DNA of 64,000 nucleotides from Nitrosopumilus sp. (GCA_965218785.1 OZ244650.1:416001-480000); one strand, 5' to 3'. Positions 49,497-59,945 are shown, counted from the stretch's first letter. Program-made: numbers and translations. Notes: generated from the letters alone by a model not told the origin.

Positions 49497-51071
49497 TTTC
49501 TTTGTCTGAATCTTGGGTGCAGATACTGATCTGCTTCGCGCATATTTGTCAATTATCTCATCAGGTGTTCTTCCATTGAAGAGATCCTTGCACAACCCTC
49601 TCAGATATCTCATAATTGCCCAGGTCCCTGCCTTGAGAATTCCGTACATAAAGACCTTCATTGGCGGTCCGTATGTCTTATTTCTGAGAATAATTGGAAT
49701 AATATCATTAATTACCCTCAGATTGTTTTCCCAGCATCTCCAAAACAGTGTAAATTGTGCCTCATTCAAATTTCCAAAATGCATCGAATTCTTTTCACTA
49801 AAGTCCTGATAAAGTAACGGTGCTACCAAGCCTCTAAAGTCCATCTCCCTGAAATCACCCATCATATCTATGGTATATTGAATATCATCTGGCGTTTCAT
49901 CTGGCCATCCGATAATGATTGTTGCAGCTGGGAACCAGTGGTTTTCATTTAGAATCTTTGCGCCCTCTCTTACAACACTTCCCCATTCTTCTGGTGCAAA
50001 CGGTTTTGTTTTAACCCCCAGGTGTTTTTTCACCATTGCCGGCGCCACTGTTTCAATTCCCAGGTTGGTGGCAAGCCACCTGCCAGTTTCATCCTGCTTA
50101 TTGATATGTGCGATTTGTTGCATCAGCGTGGGATCTGCTGCAACTGCTGAGAATGTCATGTGTGTGGTTCCTACAAAGTTTGCCCCCAGTCCTTTGAGAC
50201 CCTTCCACAAATCTAGTATTGCATCTCTATTTGGAATAAAATCCCTGTTATCGCATCCATAAAGCAGCATTTCATCAGAATGTAGCCAGATAGAGTCAAA
50301 TCCATAATCCAGGTTGATCTTTGCTTCATGTTGCAATCTTTCTAGTGGAAGATCCTTCTTTGATCTTTTGTTTACATCACAAAAGTCGCATCCCCTTCCG
50401 CATCCCCTCATTGCCTCGATCAAGGAGTTGATTGTGGGACCTTCAATAACTGGAATATTTTCGAGATTTCTAACAAAGCAATGCATTAATTCTGGAGCGT
50501 CACCTTTCTCCAGATCTTGGAACAAGTCAACTGCTAACTCGTCTGCCTCGCCAACAACGACCGTATCTATTCCGTGAATTTTCATTCTGTCTGACTTTGC
50601 TAGTTCCCATGCACCGTTACCTCCGACTACAACCTTGAAACCATATTTCTTTTTGAGCTGAATCACGCTTGCGCACATTTTTTTGAATTTCATTGCGACA
50701 TAGGATAATTTTTCTGGCGACATTGTCGTTGTTACCGGAGCCATTCCTAATGGATCCATTACGTTAATTCCCACGACTTTGGTGTCCGGACCGATGGATT
50801 TATGTAGCATCTCCGGATGTGCCAAAAACACGTCTTCTCTTTTGTATCCGCCCTGAAGTAATGAACTCTCTACCCTTCTTAGTCCCACCTGGGCAACCTT
50901 GACCTCCCCCGTAATTGGGTCTGTCTCAACTGATGGACAGAATACTTTGTCAAAAACCCATTCAGGAAGAACCTCATATGGCCCACATGCAATAAAGCCA
51001 TACAGAAAATTCCCTCTGTAATTTGTCATTAAACTACGATCTGCAGTAAGTACGATACGTTTGCCAGTCAA
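49491..51071 (-). CDS. B12-binding radical SAM enzyme, GDGT ring synthase (GrsA/GrsB)-like
   Basis: CGRGCDFC; cobalamin-binding-type DPLG, VVVGG.GAW, GEA; N-terminal IVLTADR..MT.Y and A..GLRRVE recall the Grs family. Confidence 0.7.
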   Translation of the reverse strand: MTGKRIVLTADRSLMTNYRGNFLYGFIACGPYEVLPEWVFDKVFCPSVETDPITGEVKVAQVGLRRVESSLLQGGYKREDVFLAHPEMLHKSIGPDTKVVGINVMDPLGMAPVTTTMSPEKLSYVAMKFKKMCASVIQLKKKYGFKVVVGGNGAWELAKSDRMKIHGIDTVVVGEADELAVDLFQDLEKGDAPELMHCFVRNLENIPVIEGPTINSLIEAMRGCGRGCDFCDVNKRSKKDLPLERLQHEAKINLDYGFDSIWLHSDEMLLYGCDNRDFIPNRDAILDLWKGLKGLGANFVGTTHMTFSAVAADPTLMQQIAHINKQDETGRWLATNLGIETVAPAMVKKHLGVKTKPFAPEEWGSVVREGAKILNENHWFPAATIIIGWPDETPDDIQYTIDMMGDFREMDFRGLVAPLLYQDFSEKNSMHFGNLNEAQFTLFWRCWENNLRVINDIIPIILRNKTYGPPMKVFMYGILKAGTWAIMRYLRGLCKDLFNGRTPDEIIDKYARSRSVSAPKIQTKKL

Positions 51072-51101
51072 CTATAAAACTTTGTTAAAGTATGTTATAT
51101 A

Positions 51102-51896
51102 TCATTTACGAGATTGTCTGACCACGTTTTTCCTGACAGTTCTGTTTGCAATATTTGCTGCGATTCCCCCTGCTGCAATCCCGTTATCTATATTTACAAC
51201 TGATAATCCCAAGGAGCAGCTTTGTAGCATTGATGCAAGGGCGGCTATCCCTTTTTCTCCATACCCATACCCTACTGATGTCGGAATTCCTATGGTTGGA
51301 ATGTCTACCATGCTTGAAACCAGTGTGGCCAGGGCCCCCTCCATTCCTGCAGCTACAATAATACAGTCCACATCTTCTTTTATCATCTCCTTTAAAACCG
51401 GAAAAATTCTTTGAATTCCTGCAACTCCCACATCATAACTTGTAATACATTTACAGTTCATGGCCTCACATACCAGTCTGGACTCTTCTGCCACTCCAAT
51501 ATCTGATGTTCCTGCAGTGATTATTCCCACCATGCCCCCGTGAAATTTTATGGGTTTTTTGAATAACAGCAACGATGACGAATTTTTCCCTGTCTTTACC
51601 CTTACCTTTAGTCTCTTTGCAAACGACAGAATTTTTGTATAATCCTCTTTTTTGATCCTTGAAATAATCACCGAATTAGCTTTTTCCAGAGTCCTCTTTG
51701 CAATCTTTTTAATTTCATCTAGCTCTTTGGTTTCTGCAAAAACTATCTCTGGAATCCCCCTTCTCTTTCTCCTGTTGATGTCGATCTTTGCAAACCCCTC
51801 AACCTCTTCAATAGAATATAATGAAAGAAGTTTTTTTGCATTATCGACTGAAATTTTACCTGATTTCAACGATTCCAAAATCTCATAAATTTCCAA
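51102..51896 (-). CDS. larB: Nickel-pincer cofactor biosynthesis protein LarB
   Basis: FAKID..R..R.G.PE, AGTSD..VAEE, DVGVAG, AGMEGAL, PTSVGYG, SCS.G..VVNIDNG. Confidence 0.92.
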   Translation of the reverse strand: MEIYEILESLKSGKISVDNAKKLLSLYSIEEVEGFAKIDINRRKRRGIPEIVFAETKELDEIKKIAKRTLEKANSVIISRIKKEDYTKILSFAKRLKVRVKTGKNSSSLLLFKKPIKFHGGMVGIITAGTSDIGVAEESRLVCEAMNCKCITSYDVGVAGIQRIFPVLKEMIKEDVDCIIVAAGMEGALATLVSSMVDIPTIGIPTSVGYGYGEKGIAALASMLQSCSLGLSVVNIDNGIAAGGIAANIANRTVRKNVVRQSRK

Positions 51897-51929
51897 TGAT
51901 GGTTTTCCCCTGCTTGGATAAAAAAAGGC

Positions 51930-52844
51930 TTAGATCTCAATACCTGAAATTGCATCTTTTACACTCTTGACTCCCTTGTCAAAAACCTGTTTCTCTTCAT
52001 CGTTTAGATCCAACTCGATAATTTTCTCAACACCCCTCCTTCCAATGACTGCCGGAACTCCTATTGTGACATCAGAATGACCGTATTGTCCATCAAGATA
52101 TGTTGCAACTGGAATGACCTGTTTTCTGTCTTTTTGAACCGATTCGACAATTGCGGAAATTGCATTTCCTGGAGCGTGTACAGTCGCACCTTTTAATTCG
52201 ATAACTTTTGCTGCAACCTGTTTTGTATTTTGAATTAATTCATCCAATTTTTCCTTTGAAAGAAACGATGTTAATGGAATTCCAGACACTGATGAAAATC
52301 TCGGTAATGGAAGCATGTTTTCTCCATGTTCTCCGATCACCAGGGCTCTTATGGAATCACGGGAATGACCTGTTGCTTCATGGATGAACTGTCTGAATCT
52401 TGACAAGTCAAGCATTCCTCCCATTCCAAACACCCTGCTTTTGTCAAATCCCGAGGTTTTGTATGTGATGTATGTCATTGGATCAAGCGGGTTTGTTACT
52501 GGTATAATCATGGAATCATCTGCATATTTTTTGATATTTTCTACTACACTTTTAACAATAGACGAGTTAATCTTCAAAAGATCCATTCGTGTCATCCCCG
52601 GCTTTCTTCCGGACCCTGCAACAACTACAACAATGTTTGAGCCTTTCATGTCTTCATAGTTGTTAGAACCCTTTACCTCCACATCAATTCCCTGTTCTGA
52701 GAGCATATGGTTGATATCCATCGCTTCCCCCTGTGGCAATCCTTCAACAACGTCTAGTAGCAAAATTTGATCATCTAGCCGTTTTAATGCAGAGAATAAT
52801 GCGGCATCTCCGCCGACCTTGCCTGAACCAATTATGGTGATCAT
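51930..52844 (-). CDS. mdh: LDH-like malate dehydrogenase
   Basis: [32 protein letters not shown]. Confidence 0.94.
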   Translation of the reverse strand: MITIIGSGKVGGDAALFSALKRLDDQILLLDVVEGLPQGEAMDINHMLSEQGIDVEVKGSNNYEDMKGSNIVVVVAGSGRKPGMTRMDLLKINSSIVKSVVENIKKYADDSMIIPVTNPLDPMTYITYKTSGFDKSRVFGMGGMLDLSRFRQFIHEATGHSRDSIRALVIGEHGENMLPLPRFSSVSGIPLTSFLSKEKLDELIQNTKQVAAKVIELKGATVHAPGNAISAIVESVQKDRKQVIPVATYLDGQYGHSDVTIGVPAVIGRRGVEKIIELDLNDEEKQVFDKGVKSVKDAISGIEI

Positions 52845-53074
52845 AATGACGCTGTTAATTTTCAATAATTAAATCTAATGAACCGCAAAAGCAGGGATAA
52901 AACATCAATGTCATCTCAATTCCACGGAAACCTCTTAATCGTAAGGATACTGCCAGTCCTGCCCCTCTTATTATAAGAAAAAAAATAATTGACAGCTATT
53001 CCAGATGACTGGCCAAATCGTGAATTTCTGAACAATTAGGCGAATTTATAAGCATTTTTGATAATTTTTAATCC

Positions 53075-54307
53075 ATGGTCTTGGTAATTGATCCACAGAT
53101 TGCCGGAATATCCGGAGACATGCTTCTTTGTTCCTTGATAGATTTGGGTGCTGATAAAAACAAAATAATTGACGGAATTGAACAGTCAGAAAAATTTTTC
53201 CCAAACTCATCCATTAAAAAACTCGATTTTCAAAAAATCCAAAAACACGGTGTTCAGGCAACACATATGATCCTAGAAATCAAAGAAGACACTGATAAAA
53301 GAAAGGGTCTGGAGATAAAAAAGGCAATCACTGATTCCACACATGTGATTGGGCTTTCAGAAAAGGCGCAAACATTTGCAAAGTCTTGTGTTGATACCCT
53401 GATCTCTTCAGAGTCTGAAATTCATGGTGTCTCTGAGGATTCTGTTCATTTCCATGAGGCATCTAGTATTGACACCCTTGTGGATATAGTCGGCATCACA
53501 ATTGCCTTGGAGGATCTGGGACTGTTTGATGAAAAAATTGTATGTCTGCCCATATCTGTTGGCGGCGGCTCTATAACCTTCTCACATGGAACCGTGTCAA
53601 ATCCGGCAGGAGCAATTCTTGAGATTTTTAAAAACTCAAATCTGACAATCAAAGGCAGTGCCGCAAATGACGAACTTACAACCCCCACAGGTGCCTGTAT
53701 TTTAGTAAATCTGACAAATGACGCCATGGAATATTACCCTTCCATGAAAGTCAGATCCGTCGGTTATGGCGCCGGACAAAAAGATTTTGAATCCTTTGCA
53801 AACGTTCTAAAGATTATCCAAGGGACTGAAAATAATTTTGAGATTGACTCTGTCAAGATTCTGGAGACAAATGTGGATGATGTTTCTGGGGAAATCCTTG
53901 GAAATCTGATTGAAAAAATTATGGAAAAAGGCGCAAAAGACGTCTCAATTTTTCATGGAATCACAAAGAAAGGACGGCCTACAAACCTGGTGTCTGTAAT
54001 TTGCAGTGACGAAAATGTTGATGCCATAGTTGATACACTGGTACTTGAAACCGGAACATTGGGAATTCGAGTTTCTGATTCTAACAGATTCATCGTTCCT
54101 AGAACCGTTCATAACGCCTCTCTGAGCTTGAATGGAGAATCTTTTAAAGTAAGCTACAAAAAATCCAACTTTAAGGGGAAGATTGATTTTAAAATCGAGT
54201 TTGATGATTTGAAGGCTGTCTCTAATGTTATTGACAAGTCAATCAAGGCCACAGAGTCTATACTAAGAAAAGAGATTGAAAAACTGGAGGATGTACGTAG
54301 TGACTAA
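53075..54307 (+). CDS. larC: Nickel insertion protein LarC
   Basis: GISGDM, IHG...VHFHE, TTPTGA, GYGAG, ETNVDD, KKGRP, ETGTLGIR, EFDD. Confidence 0.92.
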   Translation: MVLVIDPQIAGISGDMLLCSLIDLGADKNKIIDGIEQSEKFFPNSSIKKLDFQKIQKHGVQATHMILEIKEDTDKRKGLEIKKAITDSTHVIGLSEKAQTFAKSCVDTLISSESEIHGVSEDSVHFHEASSIDTLVDIVGITIALEDLGLFDEKIVCLPISVGGGSITFSHGTVSNPAGAILEIFKNSNLTIKGSAANDELTTPTGACILVNLTNDAMEYYPSMKVRSVGYGAGQKDFESFANVLKIIQGTENNFEIDSVKILETNVDDVSGEILGNLIEKIMEKGAKDVSIFHGITKKGRPTNLVSVICSDENVDAIVDTLVLETGTLGIRVSDSNRFIVPRTVHNASLSLNGESFKVSYKKSNFKGKIDFKIEFDDLKAVSNVIDKSIKATESILRKEIEKLEDVRSD

Positions 54308-55097
54308 GCTTGATGATCTTGTGGATTGGTTTGAGGGCAAACATAAAGTAATGATAGCCCTTTCAGGCGGTGTTGATAGTGCACTTGTCGCATATGCGGC
54401 ATTTCAAAAATTGGGAAATTCCGCAATTGCAGTCACTGCTGATTACAAAACCCTCTCTGAGGAGGAACTCCAAACGGCCAGACAAGTATGCTCTGAGATA
54501 GGCATCTCACAGTTGTTTCTGGACTATGACGAACTTGAAAATGAAGAATTTACAAAAAATGATCCAAACCGATGTTTTCACTGTAGGCTGGAGTTGGGAG
54601 ATCACTTGGTTGAACTGGCAAAAAAACACAATATCTCGATTATCGTTGATGGTACAAATCCTGATGATTTGGACGATTATAGACCTGGAATTGAGGCCCT
54701 GAGACAAAATGGCATTAAAAGCCCGCTTGTAGAAACTAATTTCCACAAATCCCAGATTAGATCTGCTGCAAGATCAGTGGGATTGTCCGTACATGATAAA
54801 CCATCAAACTCTTGTCTGGCATCAAGAATTCCCTGGGGACAAAAAGTGACTGCTGAAAAACTGACTAGGATTGAATTTGGCGAAACCATCGTCAGGCAGC
54901 TTACAGAAATTAAACAGGTTCGTGTCCGTGATATTAACGGTTCTGCAAAAATTGAAGTTGAGAAAGAAATGCTTTACAAATTTGATGATGATATCTTAAA
55001 ACAACTTGTTGTAAAACTCAAGATGATTGGATTTTCTGCAGTTGAAGTTGATAAAGACGGGTACAAGCCGGGAAAAATTAATGTGATTGCAGATTGA
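54300..55097 (+). CDS. larE: ATP-dependent sulfur transferase LarE (CxxC...C, [4Fe-4S] type)
   Basis: SGGVDS PP-loop, NRCFHC, DG.N.DD..DYRPG, SPL, KPSNSCLASRIP. Confidence 0.92.
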   Translation: MTKLDDLVDWFEGKHKVMIALSGGVDSALVAYAAFQKLGNSAIAVTADYKTLSEEELQTARQVCSEIGISQLFLDYDELENEEFTKNDPNRCFHCRLELGDHLVELAKKHNISIIVDGTNPDDLDDYRPGIEALRQNGIKSPLVETNFHKSQIRSAARSVGLSVHDKPSNSCLASRIPWGQKVTAEKLTRIEFGETIVRQLTEIKQVRVRDINGSAKIEVEKEMLYKFDDDILKQLVVKLKMIGFSAVEVDKDGYKPGKINVIAD

Positions 55098-56263
55098 TAT
55101 ATTTGGATAATGCCGCCTCTACGCAAATTCATAAAGATGTCTTGGACTCGATGCTGCCTTTTCTTAAGGAACAATACGGTAATCCGTCATCAATACATCG
55201 TTATGGCAGAACGGCCCACAAGGCAGTTGAAAAAGCAAGAAAACACATCGCATCTTTAATTAATGCGGATCCTTCTGAAATTTTGATTACTTCTGGTGGC
55301 ACCGAATCAAACAACACGGCATTAAGAGGAATAGCCATGAAAACCCCCTCCAGTCATATCATTACATCCTCCATTGAACATGACGCAGTTTTAGAACCCT
55401 GTAAAAAACTGGCTCAAAATGGGTTTGATCTTGATTATCTTCCGGTAGATCAATCCGGCATGATAGATCCGTCAGAACTTGCCACCCTTATTTCTAAGAA
55501 AACCAGTCTTGTTTCAATAATGTTTGGAAACAACGAAGTCGGTACAATCCAGCCGATCCCTGAAATAGCAAAAATATGCAATGAGCATAACATCCCTTTT
55601 CACACTGATGCAGTACAGGCAGTTGGAAAAATCCCAATCGACGTTAATGAATTGGGCATAGACTTGCTATCTATCTCCTCTCACAAACTTTATGGTCCCA
55701 AGGGGGTAGGTGCACTATACATCAGAGATGGCATCAATATAGATCCTGTAATTTTAGGCGGTGGTCAGGAACATGGATTGCGTTCTGGAACTGAAAATGT
55801 TGCCAATATTGTCGGATTTGGCAAGGCATGTGATATTGCAAAAAGCAGGCTAGAGGAAGATACCGCTTTTGTAAAAAAACTCCGTGATTCCTTAGTTGAA
55901 AATGTATTAAATAAAATTCCCAAAGTATCCCTGAATGGCCATGCTGAATCCCGGCTGCCTAACAATGCACATTTTACTTTTCTTGGTGTCAATGGAGAAG
56001 ATTTGATCATCAAACTTGATGAATATGGAATTGCAGCATCTACGGGATCTGCATGTTCTGTAAATACACAAAAAGCCTCCCACGTTCTAGAGGCAATGGG
56101 TTTTTCACTTGAACAAATTACCGGTTCTTTGCGATTAACAGTGGGTATTTTCAATGATCAAAACGAAATTGAAAAGACAGTTGCCATTCTCCAAAAAGCA
56201 GTCCAGGAACTCCGTTTAGTTTCTCCGTTCAAAGAAAAATATTCTTTTGTATCTAAAAACTAG
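55094..56263 (+). CDS. iscS: Cysteine desulfurase (IscS/NifS)
   Basis: YLDNAAST, GNPSS, TSGGTE, HTDAVQ, SSHK, RSGT, STGSAC. Confidence 0.93.
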   Translation: MIYLDNAASTQIHKDVLDSMLPFLKEQYGNPSSIHRYGRTAHKAVEKARKHIASLINADPSEILITSGGTESNNTALRGIAMKTPSSHIITSSIEHDAVLEPCKKLAQNGFDLDYLPVDQSGMIDPSELATLISKKTSLVSIMFGNNEVGTIQPIPEIAKICNEHNIPFHTDAVQAVGKIPIDVNELGIDLLSISSHKLYGPKGVGALYIRDGINIDPVILGGGQEHGLRSGTENVANIVGFGKACDIAKSRLEEDTAFVKKLRDSLVENVLNKIPKVSLNGHAESRLPNNAHFTFLGVNGEDLIIKLDEYGIAASTGSACSVNTQKASHVLEAMGFSLEQITGSLRLTVGIFNDQNEIEKTVAILQKAVQELRLVSPFKEKYSFVSKN

Positions 56264-57069
56264 GCTTTAATTTGAAATTTGTTTCTGGAGAATATCACTG
56301 CAGTCATAATGCCTGCAATTAATATCATCATTACAATCATTCCAAATTCGGGAACTACATACGTTCCAATGATCTCAATTTCTGAATCGCCTTTTACAAA
56401 ACCTACTGTTATTGCTCTGGATTCTCCAAGTACCGCCGGTTCTTCATGGGGTACTTCTACTCCATCAATGTAAATTATGAATGGAACATCCTTCCCACTT
56501 TCGTTTTCTGCACCTATGAATTCTCTGGGCAAATCCAATATTATGTTCCCTTCATCAAGGGCATCAATTTGTATTTTAATTCCAAAAATATCGGAATTTA
56601 CTACTATATCTTTAACTGTACCTCCACTAATGCTATATTCCACATCAAATGTTCCATGACTTCCGGCATCTATCTCAAAAATCGTCTTATCCTGAAAAAT
56701 GACTGCTTTTGGCGAATAGCTAAACGTAGTTTCTATCGTGTCTAGGTAGACTGCTTTTACTGTGTACTCCCCTGCGTTTTGCCATTTGGGACCTTCGGCA
56801 AGAACTGTCGTTATGAATCCTCCATCCTGCGCAACATTGAGTTGATCAATATCTACTAGTTCCCTAGTTTCAGAAATAACCTGTATTATGACTGGTGTCT
56901 CACCAATCACCGTGCCCACATTACCTGATATGACAATCGTGTCACCTTCATGATAAATGGCATCGTCGGTTTGAACTGAAAAGGATTCGGCAAAAACAGT
57001 TGTAGTAGAAATAAAAAATAAAAACAATACTGTCCCATAAAATATTTTAACGTTCACAACTTTCCACAT
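56260..57069 (-). CDS. PEFG-CTERM surface protein (divergent tail)
   Basis: Signal peptide, Ig-like domain, IEIIGTYVVPEFG + TM; ORF-track extension to 57174 unlikely. Confidence 0.85.
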   Translation of the reverse strand: MWKVVNVKIFYGTVLFLFFISTTTVFAESFSVQTDDAIYHEGDTIVISGNVGTVIGETPVIIQVISETRELVDIDQLNVAQDGGFITTVLAEGPKWQNAGEYTVKAVYLDTIETTFSYSPKAVIFQDKTIFEIDAGSHGTFDVEYSISGGTVKDIVVNSDIFGIKIQIDALDEGNIILDLPREFIGAENESGKDVPFIIYIDGVEVPHEEPAVLGESRAITVGFVKGDSEIEIIGTYVVPEFGMIVMMILIAGIMTAVIFSRNKFQIKA

Positions 57070-57127
57070 ATTCGTTTGTATATTTCCTTTACTATTAAAA
57101 ATGAAAAAATGAAAAAAAGTTGTGATT

Positions 57128-58036
57128 TTAGTATCTTGGTATGATGCTGAGTCTTGATTTTGCAGATACTGCAATTACTGTGATAATTGCTACTGCTAGA
57201 ATCATGGCTGCAATTACACCGAACTCTGGAATCACCCATGTAGCGATAATTTCAATTTGCTCAGTGCCTGCTGGGAACATGACTGCTATATGATTTACAT
57301 CAATTTCAACATCATCTGGCTCTTCTCTGTCAACTAGTACAAAGAAGGGACCTGTGGCTACTGTCATTGCTGGATCTATTATTAGCATTCCATCGTCTTC
57401 AGCATCTATGTTGATGACAATTGATTTATCCCTAATATTGATCGCCGCACTAGTTACTGTTCCACCTGAAATACTGTATGGTATACATTGGCCACTTGCA
57501 GTTAACTCGTCAACACCACATATGTCTGGTGTATCGTAGTTTGGTACGAATAGGACTCCACCGGTTAGTTCAACTTTGACATTGTTACTTTTTTCAGCAC
57601 TGCCATAGCTTACTTTAATGATGTATGTGCCATCGTATTTCCACAGTGAGCCTGCTGTATTTAGCGTAGTCTCAAAACTGCCATCATTTGCTACATCGAG
57701 TTGACCGATTGTAACCAAGGAGTTTAGCGGACTAACAACAGTTAGTGCAACTGGAATTCCAGATCTATTTGCCACCTGACCTGATACCTTGATCATGTCG
57801 CTGTGATTATAATCTGTTTTATCTGTCCAAACAGAAATTGGAAGGTCATCAAGCAACATCTGATTTGCAGCTATCCTGGCATCCTCTATGGAACACCCTA
57901 CTACACATTCCTGTGGGATATCACGATCTTCCATATATTCACCACCTTCGCTATCTTCAGCATATGTAGTTGACATGGTTAAAGTACCAACTGCGGTCAA
58001 AACGGCTAGTAGCACGAATGACGTACGATTGTTCAT
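57128..58036 (-). CDS. PEFG-CTERM surface protein
   Basis: Signal peptide; IPEFG-TM-SAKSRLSIIPRY. Confidence 0.9.
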   Translation of the reverse strand: MNNRTSFVLLAVLTAVGTLTMSTTYAEDSEGGEYMEDRDIPQECVVGCSIEDARIAANQMLLDDLPISVWTDKTDYNHSDMIKVSGQVANRSGIPVALTVVSPLNSLVTIGQLDVANDGSFETTLNTAGSLWKYDGTYIIKVSYGSAEKSNNVKVELTGGVLFVPNYDTPDICGVDELTASGQCIPYSISGGTVTSAAINIRDKSIVINIDAEDDGMLIIDPAMTVATGPFFVLVDREEPDDVEIDVNHIAVMFPAGTEQIEIIATWVIPEFGVIAAMILAVAIITVIAVSAKSRLSIIPRY

Positions 58037-58095
58037 TGTTGCAATTTACATCTATCACTATTTATGTATATTTAAAAATGAAAAAAAGTGTGATT

Positions 58096-58953
58096 TTAGT
58101 ATCTTGGTATGATGCTGAGTCTTGATTTTGCAGATACTGCAATTATTGTGATAATCGCTACTGCTAGAATCATGGCTGCAATTGCACCGAATTCTGGCAC
58201 TATTACCCCGCCTTCAATTTCCACTTCGCTTGTAGCAATATATTTTGGATCATCTGATTGCTGTGCGGTAACGGTGTAAAATCCATCCTCATTCCATAAT
58301 GATCCGCCTATGTTGATTATAGTTGCAAATTTGCCATCAATTTCCGGTGATACTTGACTGATTGTTGCAACATTCCCATTTGGGGCCTTTACAGTCAATG
58401 TGATGTCCTGGCTTAGTCTGTCAGTTAATCCGCTGACCATAAACATTGCTGATCCATATTCGGCAACTACATCAAGCTCGATCCCTGCGTCTTTGGCAAC
58501 ATTTGGTCCCAAGTTAACAATTCCTGACCCTAAATTAGATTCAGTTACAAAAGTTTTTTCAGTCATGCCGTTTATTACTAAAACCTCGACAAACATGTGA
58601 TATAGTGAACTTGATCCTGACGTTGCAGTAATTTTATAGCGTCCATCTTCATTCCAAGTTGAACCAATTTTGAATTCTTTTACAAATCTTCCATCGGCCT
58701 CTGGTGAAATCTGATCAATATCTACTCGATTATTCCCACTTGGTGATTTTACTATCAATGTTACATCTGTGGCAACTGAAAATGTCTGACCTGTGATAGT
58801 AATGGTGTCTGAGCCTTTATCTGCAGTAGCTGTGATGGACATTCCTGCATCTTGAGCAAAAACATCCTGCTGAACCGCAGTCACTGAAATTAATGATAGC
58901 ACCATAAGGACTAGTGTCATTGATGTCGTAGAACGTTTGAAATTCATCCTCAT
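58096..58953 (-). CDS. PEFG-CTERM surface protein with two Ig-like repeats
   Basis: DVTL.VK.P.GN....Q.SPE.DG.F...W.EDG.Y twice; VPEFG-TM-SAKSRLSIIPRY. Confidence 0.9.
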   Translation of the reverse strand: MRMNFKRSTTSMTLVLMVLSLISVTAVQQDVFAQDAGMSITATADKGSDTITITGQTFSVATDVTLIVKSPSGNNRVDIDQISPEADGRFVKEFKIGSTWNEDGRYKITATSGSSSLYHMFVEVLVINGMTEKTFVTESNLGSGIVNLGPNVAKDAGIELDVVAEYGSAMFMVSGLTDRLSQDITLTVKAPNGNVATISQVSPEIDGKFATIINIGGSLWNEDGFYTVTAQQSDDPKYIATSEVEIEGGVIVPEFGAIAAMILAVAIITIIAVSAKSRLSIIPRY

Positions 58954-59087
58954 TCATCCCATCTATCTTTAGTATTTATATATATTTATAAATAATAATT
59001 TGGGTATCTGTGCCCTGATTTGGAAGAATAATGTCCTAAAAATCCACCGGATGGTTGTATGTATTTAAAAAGAGAAAAAAGATGATT

Positions 59088-59945
59088 TTAGTATCTTGGT
59101 ATGATGCTGAGTCTTGATTTTGCAGATACTGCAATTATTGTGATAATTGCTACTGCTAGAATCATGGCTGCAATTGTACCGAACTCTGGAACTACCCAGG
59201 TACCGACTATTTCGATCTCTTGGGATCCTTCTAAGAATTCTATGGTGAGTGTTCTGTGTGTTTCTGTGACTGTTTCTGTAAAGTCACCCTCTTCCAAATC
59301 GACTAGGACAAAGAATTCAATGTCTTCACCCGTTACAGGATCAACTGCTTCTAATATCGTTCTAGGGATTGTGAGAGTTATTGAACCGTCTTCTGTGGCA
59401 TCAATATAAACAATCAGTGAATTTGCATTCACATCCGGTGTAACACCTAACAGTTTTCCACCTGTGATCGTATATCCTATCAGATCATCAGAACCTTCGA
59501 CTGAAACGGTTGTGGCAGTTACTATGCCGCCACCCCTTCTTGGTGGTTCTACTGTTGGTGATCCGCCACCACCTTCTCCATCATACTCAAATGTTACCTC
59601 GCCTGTGTTGTTTTTATTGTCTCCATATTGAGCTATGACTGTATACGTTCCAGCATACATCGCTCCTCCTACAGTCATGGTGTGGCTGAATTTGCCATCT
59701 GCACCAACTTCGGGTTGTCCAAAGTTAGCATAACCATCGTTATTGGGGTTTATCACACTGATAGTTACAGCGTATCCTCCTAGAAGTTGAGAAATCTCCC
59801 CCGTAATTAGAACTATATCACCATCTGAATAGGATTCTTTGTCTGTAGTCAGCACAATTGAGTTTTGTCCAAATGCTGGTATCGTACCAATACCTGCAAT
59901 CAAAATTGCAGATAGGACAAACATCGATAAATGAGCTTTCATCAA
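59088..59945 (-). CDS. PEFG-CTERM surface protein
   Basis: Signal peptide; TDKESY.DGD; VPEFG-TM-SAKSRLSIIPRY. Confidence 0.9.
   Translation of the reverse strand: MMKAHLSMFVLSAILIAGIGTIPAFGQNSIVLTTDKESYSDGDIVLITGEISQLLGGYAVTISVINPNNDGYANFGQPEVGADGKFSHTMTVGGAMYAGTYTVIAQYGDNKNNTGEVTFEYDGEGGGGSPTVEPPRRGGGIVTATTVSVEGSDDLIGYTITGGKLLGVTPDVNANSLIVYIDATEDGSITLTIPRTILEAVDPVTGEDIEFFVLVDLEEGDFTETVTETHRTLTIEFLEGSQEIEIVGTWVVPEFGTIAAMILAVAIITIIAVSAKSRLSIIPRY

Larger units (their letters stand above)
57128..59190. repeat. Three near-identical ~100-bp 3' gene ends (57128-57230, 58096-58198, 59088-59190)
   Basis: TTAGTATCTTGGTATGATGCTGAGTCTTGATTTTGCAGATACTGCAATTA is identical in all three; only a few substitutions in the next ~50 bp. 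Confidence 0.95.

Noticed and set aside
57128-59190. Diversity-generating retroelement TR/VR pairs (also considered for the SBP duplication)
   Set aside because: Differences are not adenine-specific, the repeat covers the conserved anchor, and no reverse transcriptase is present
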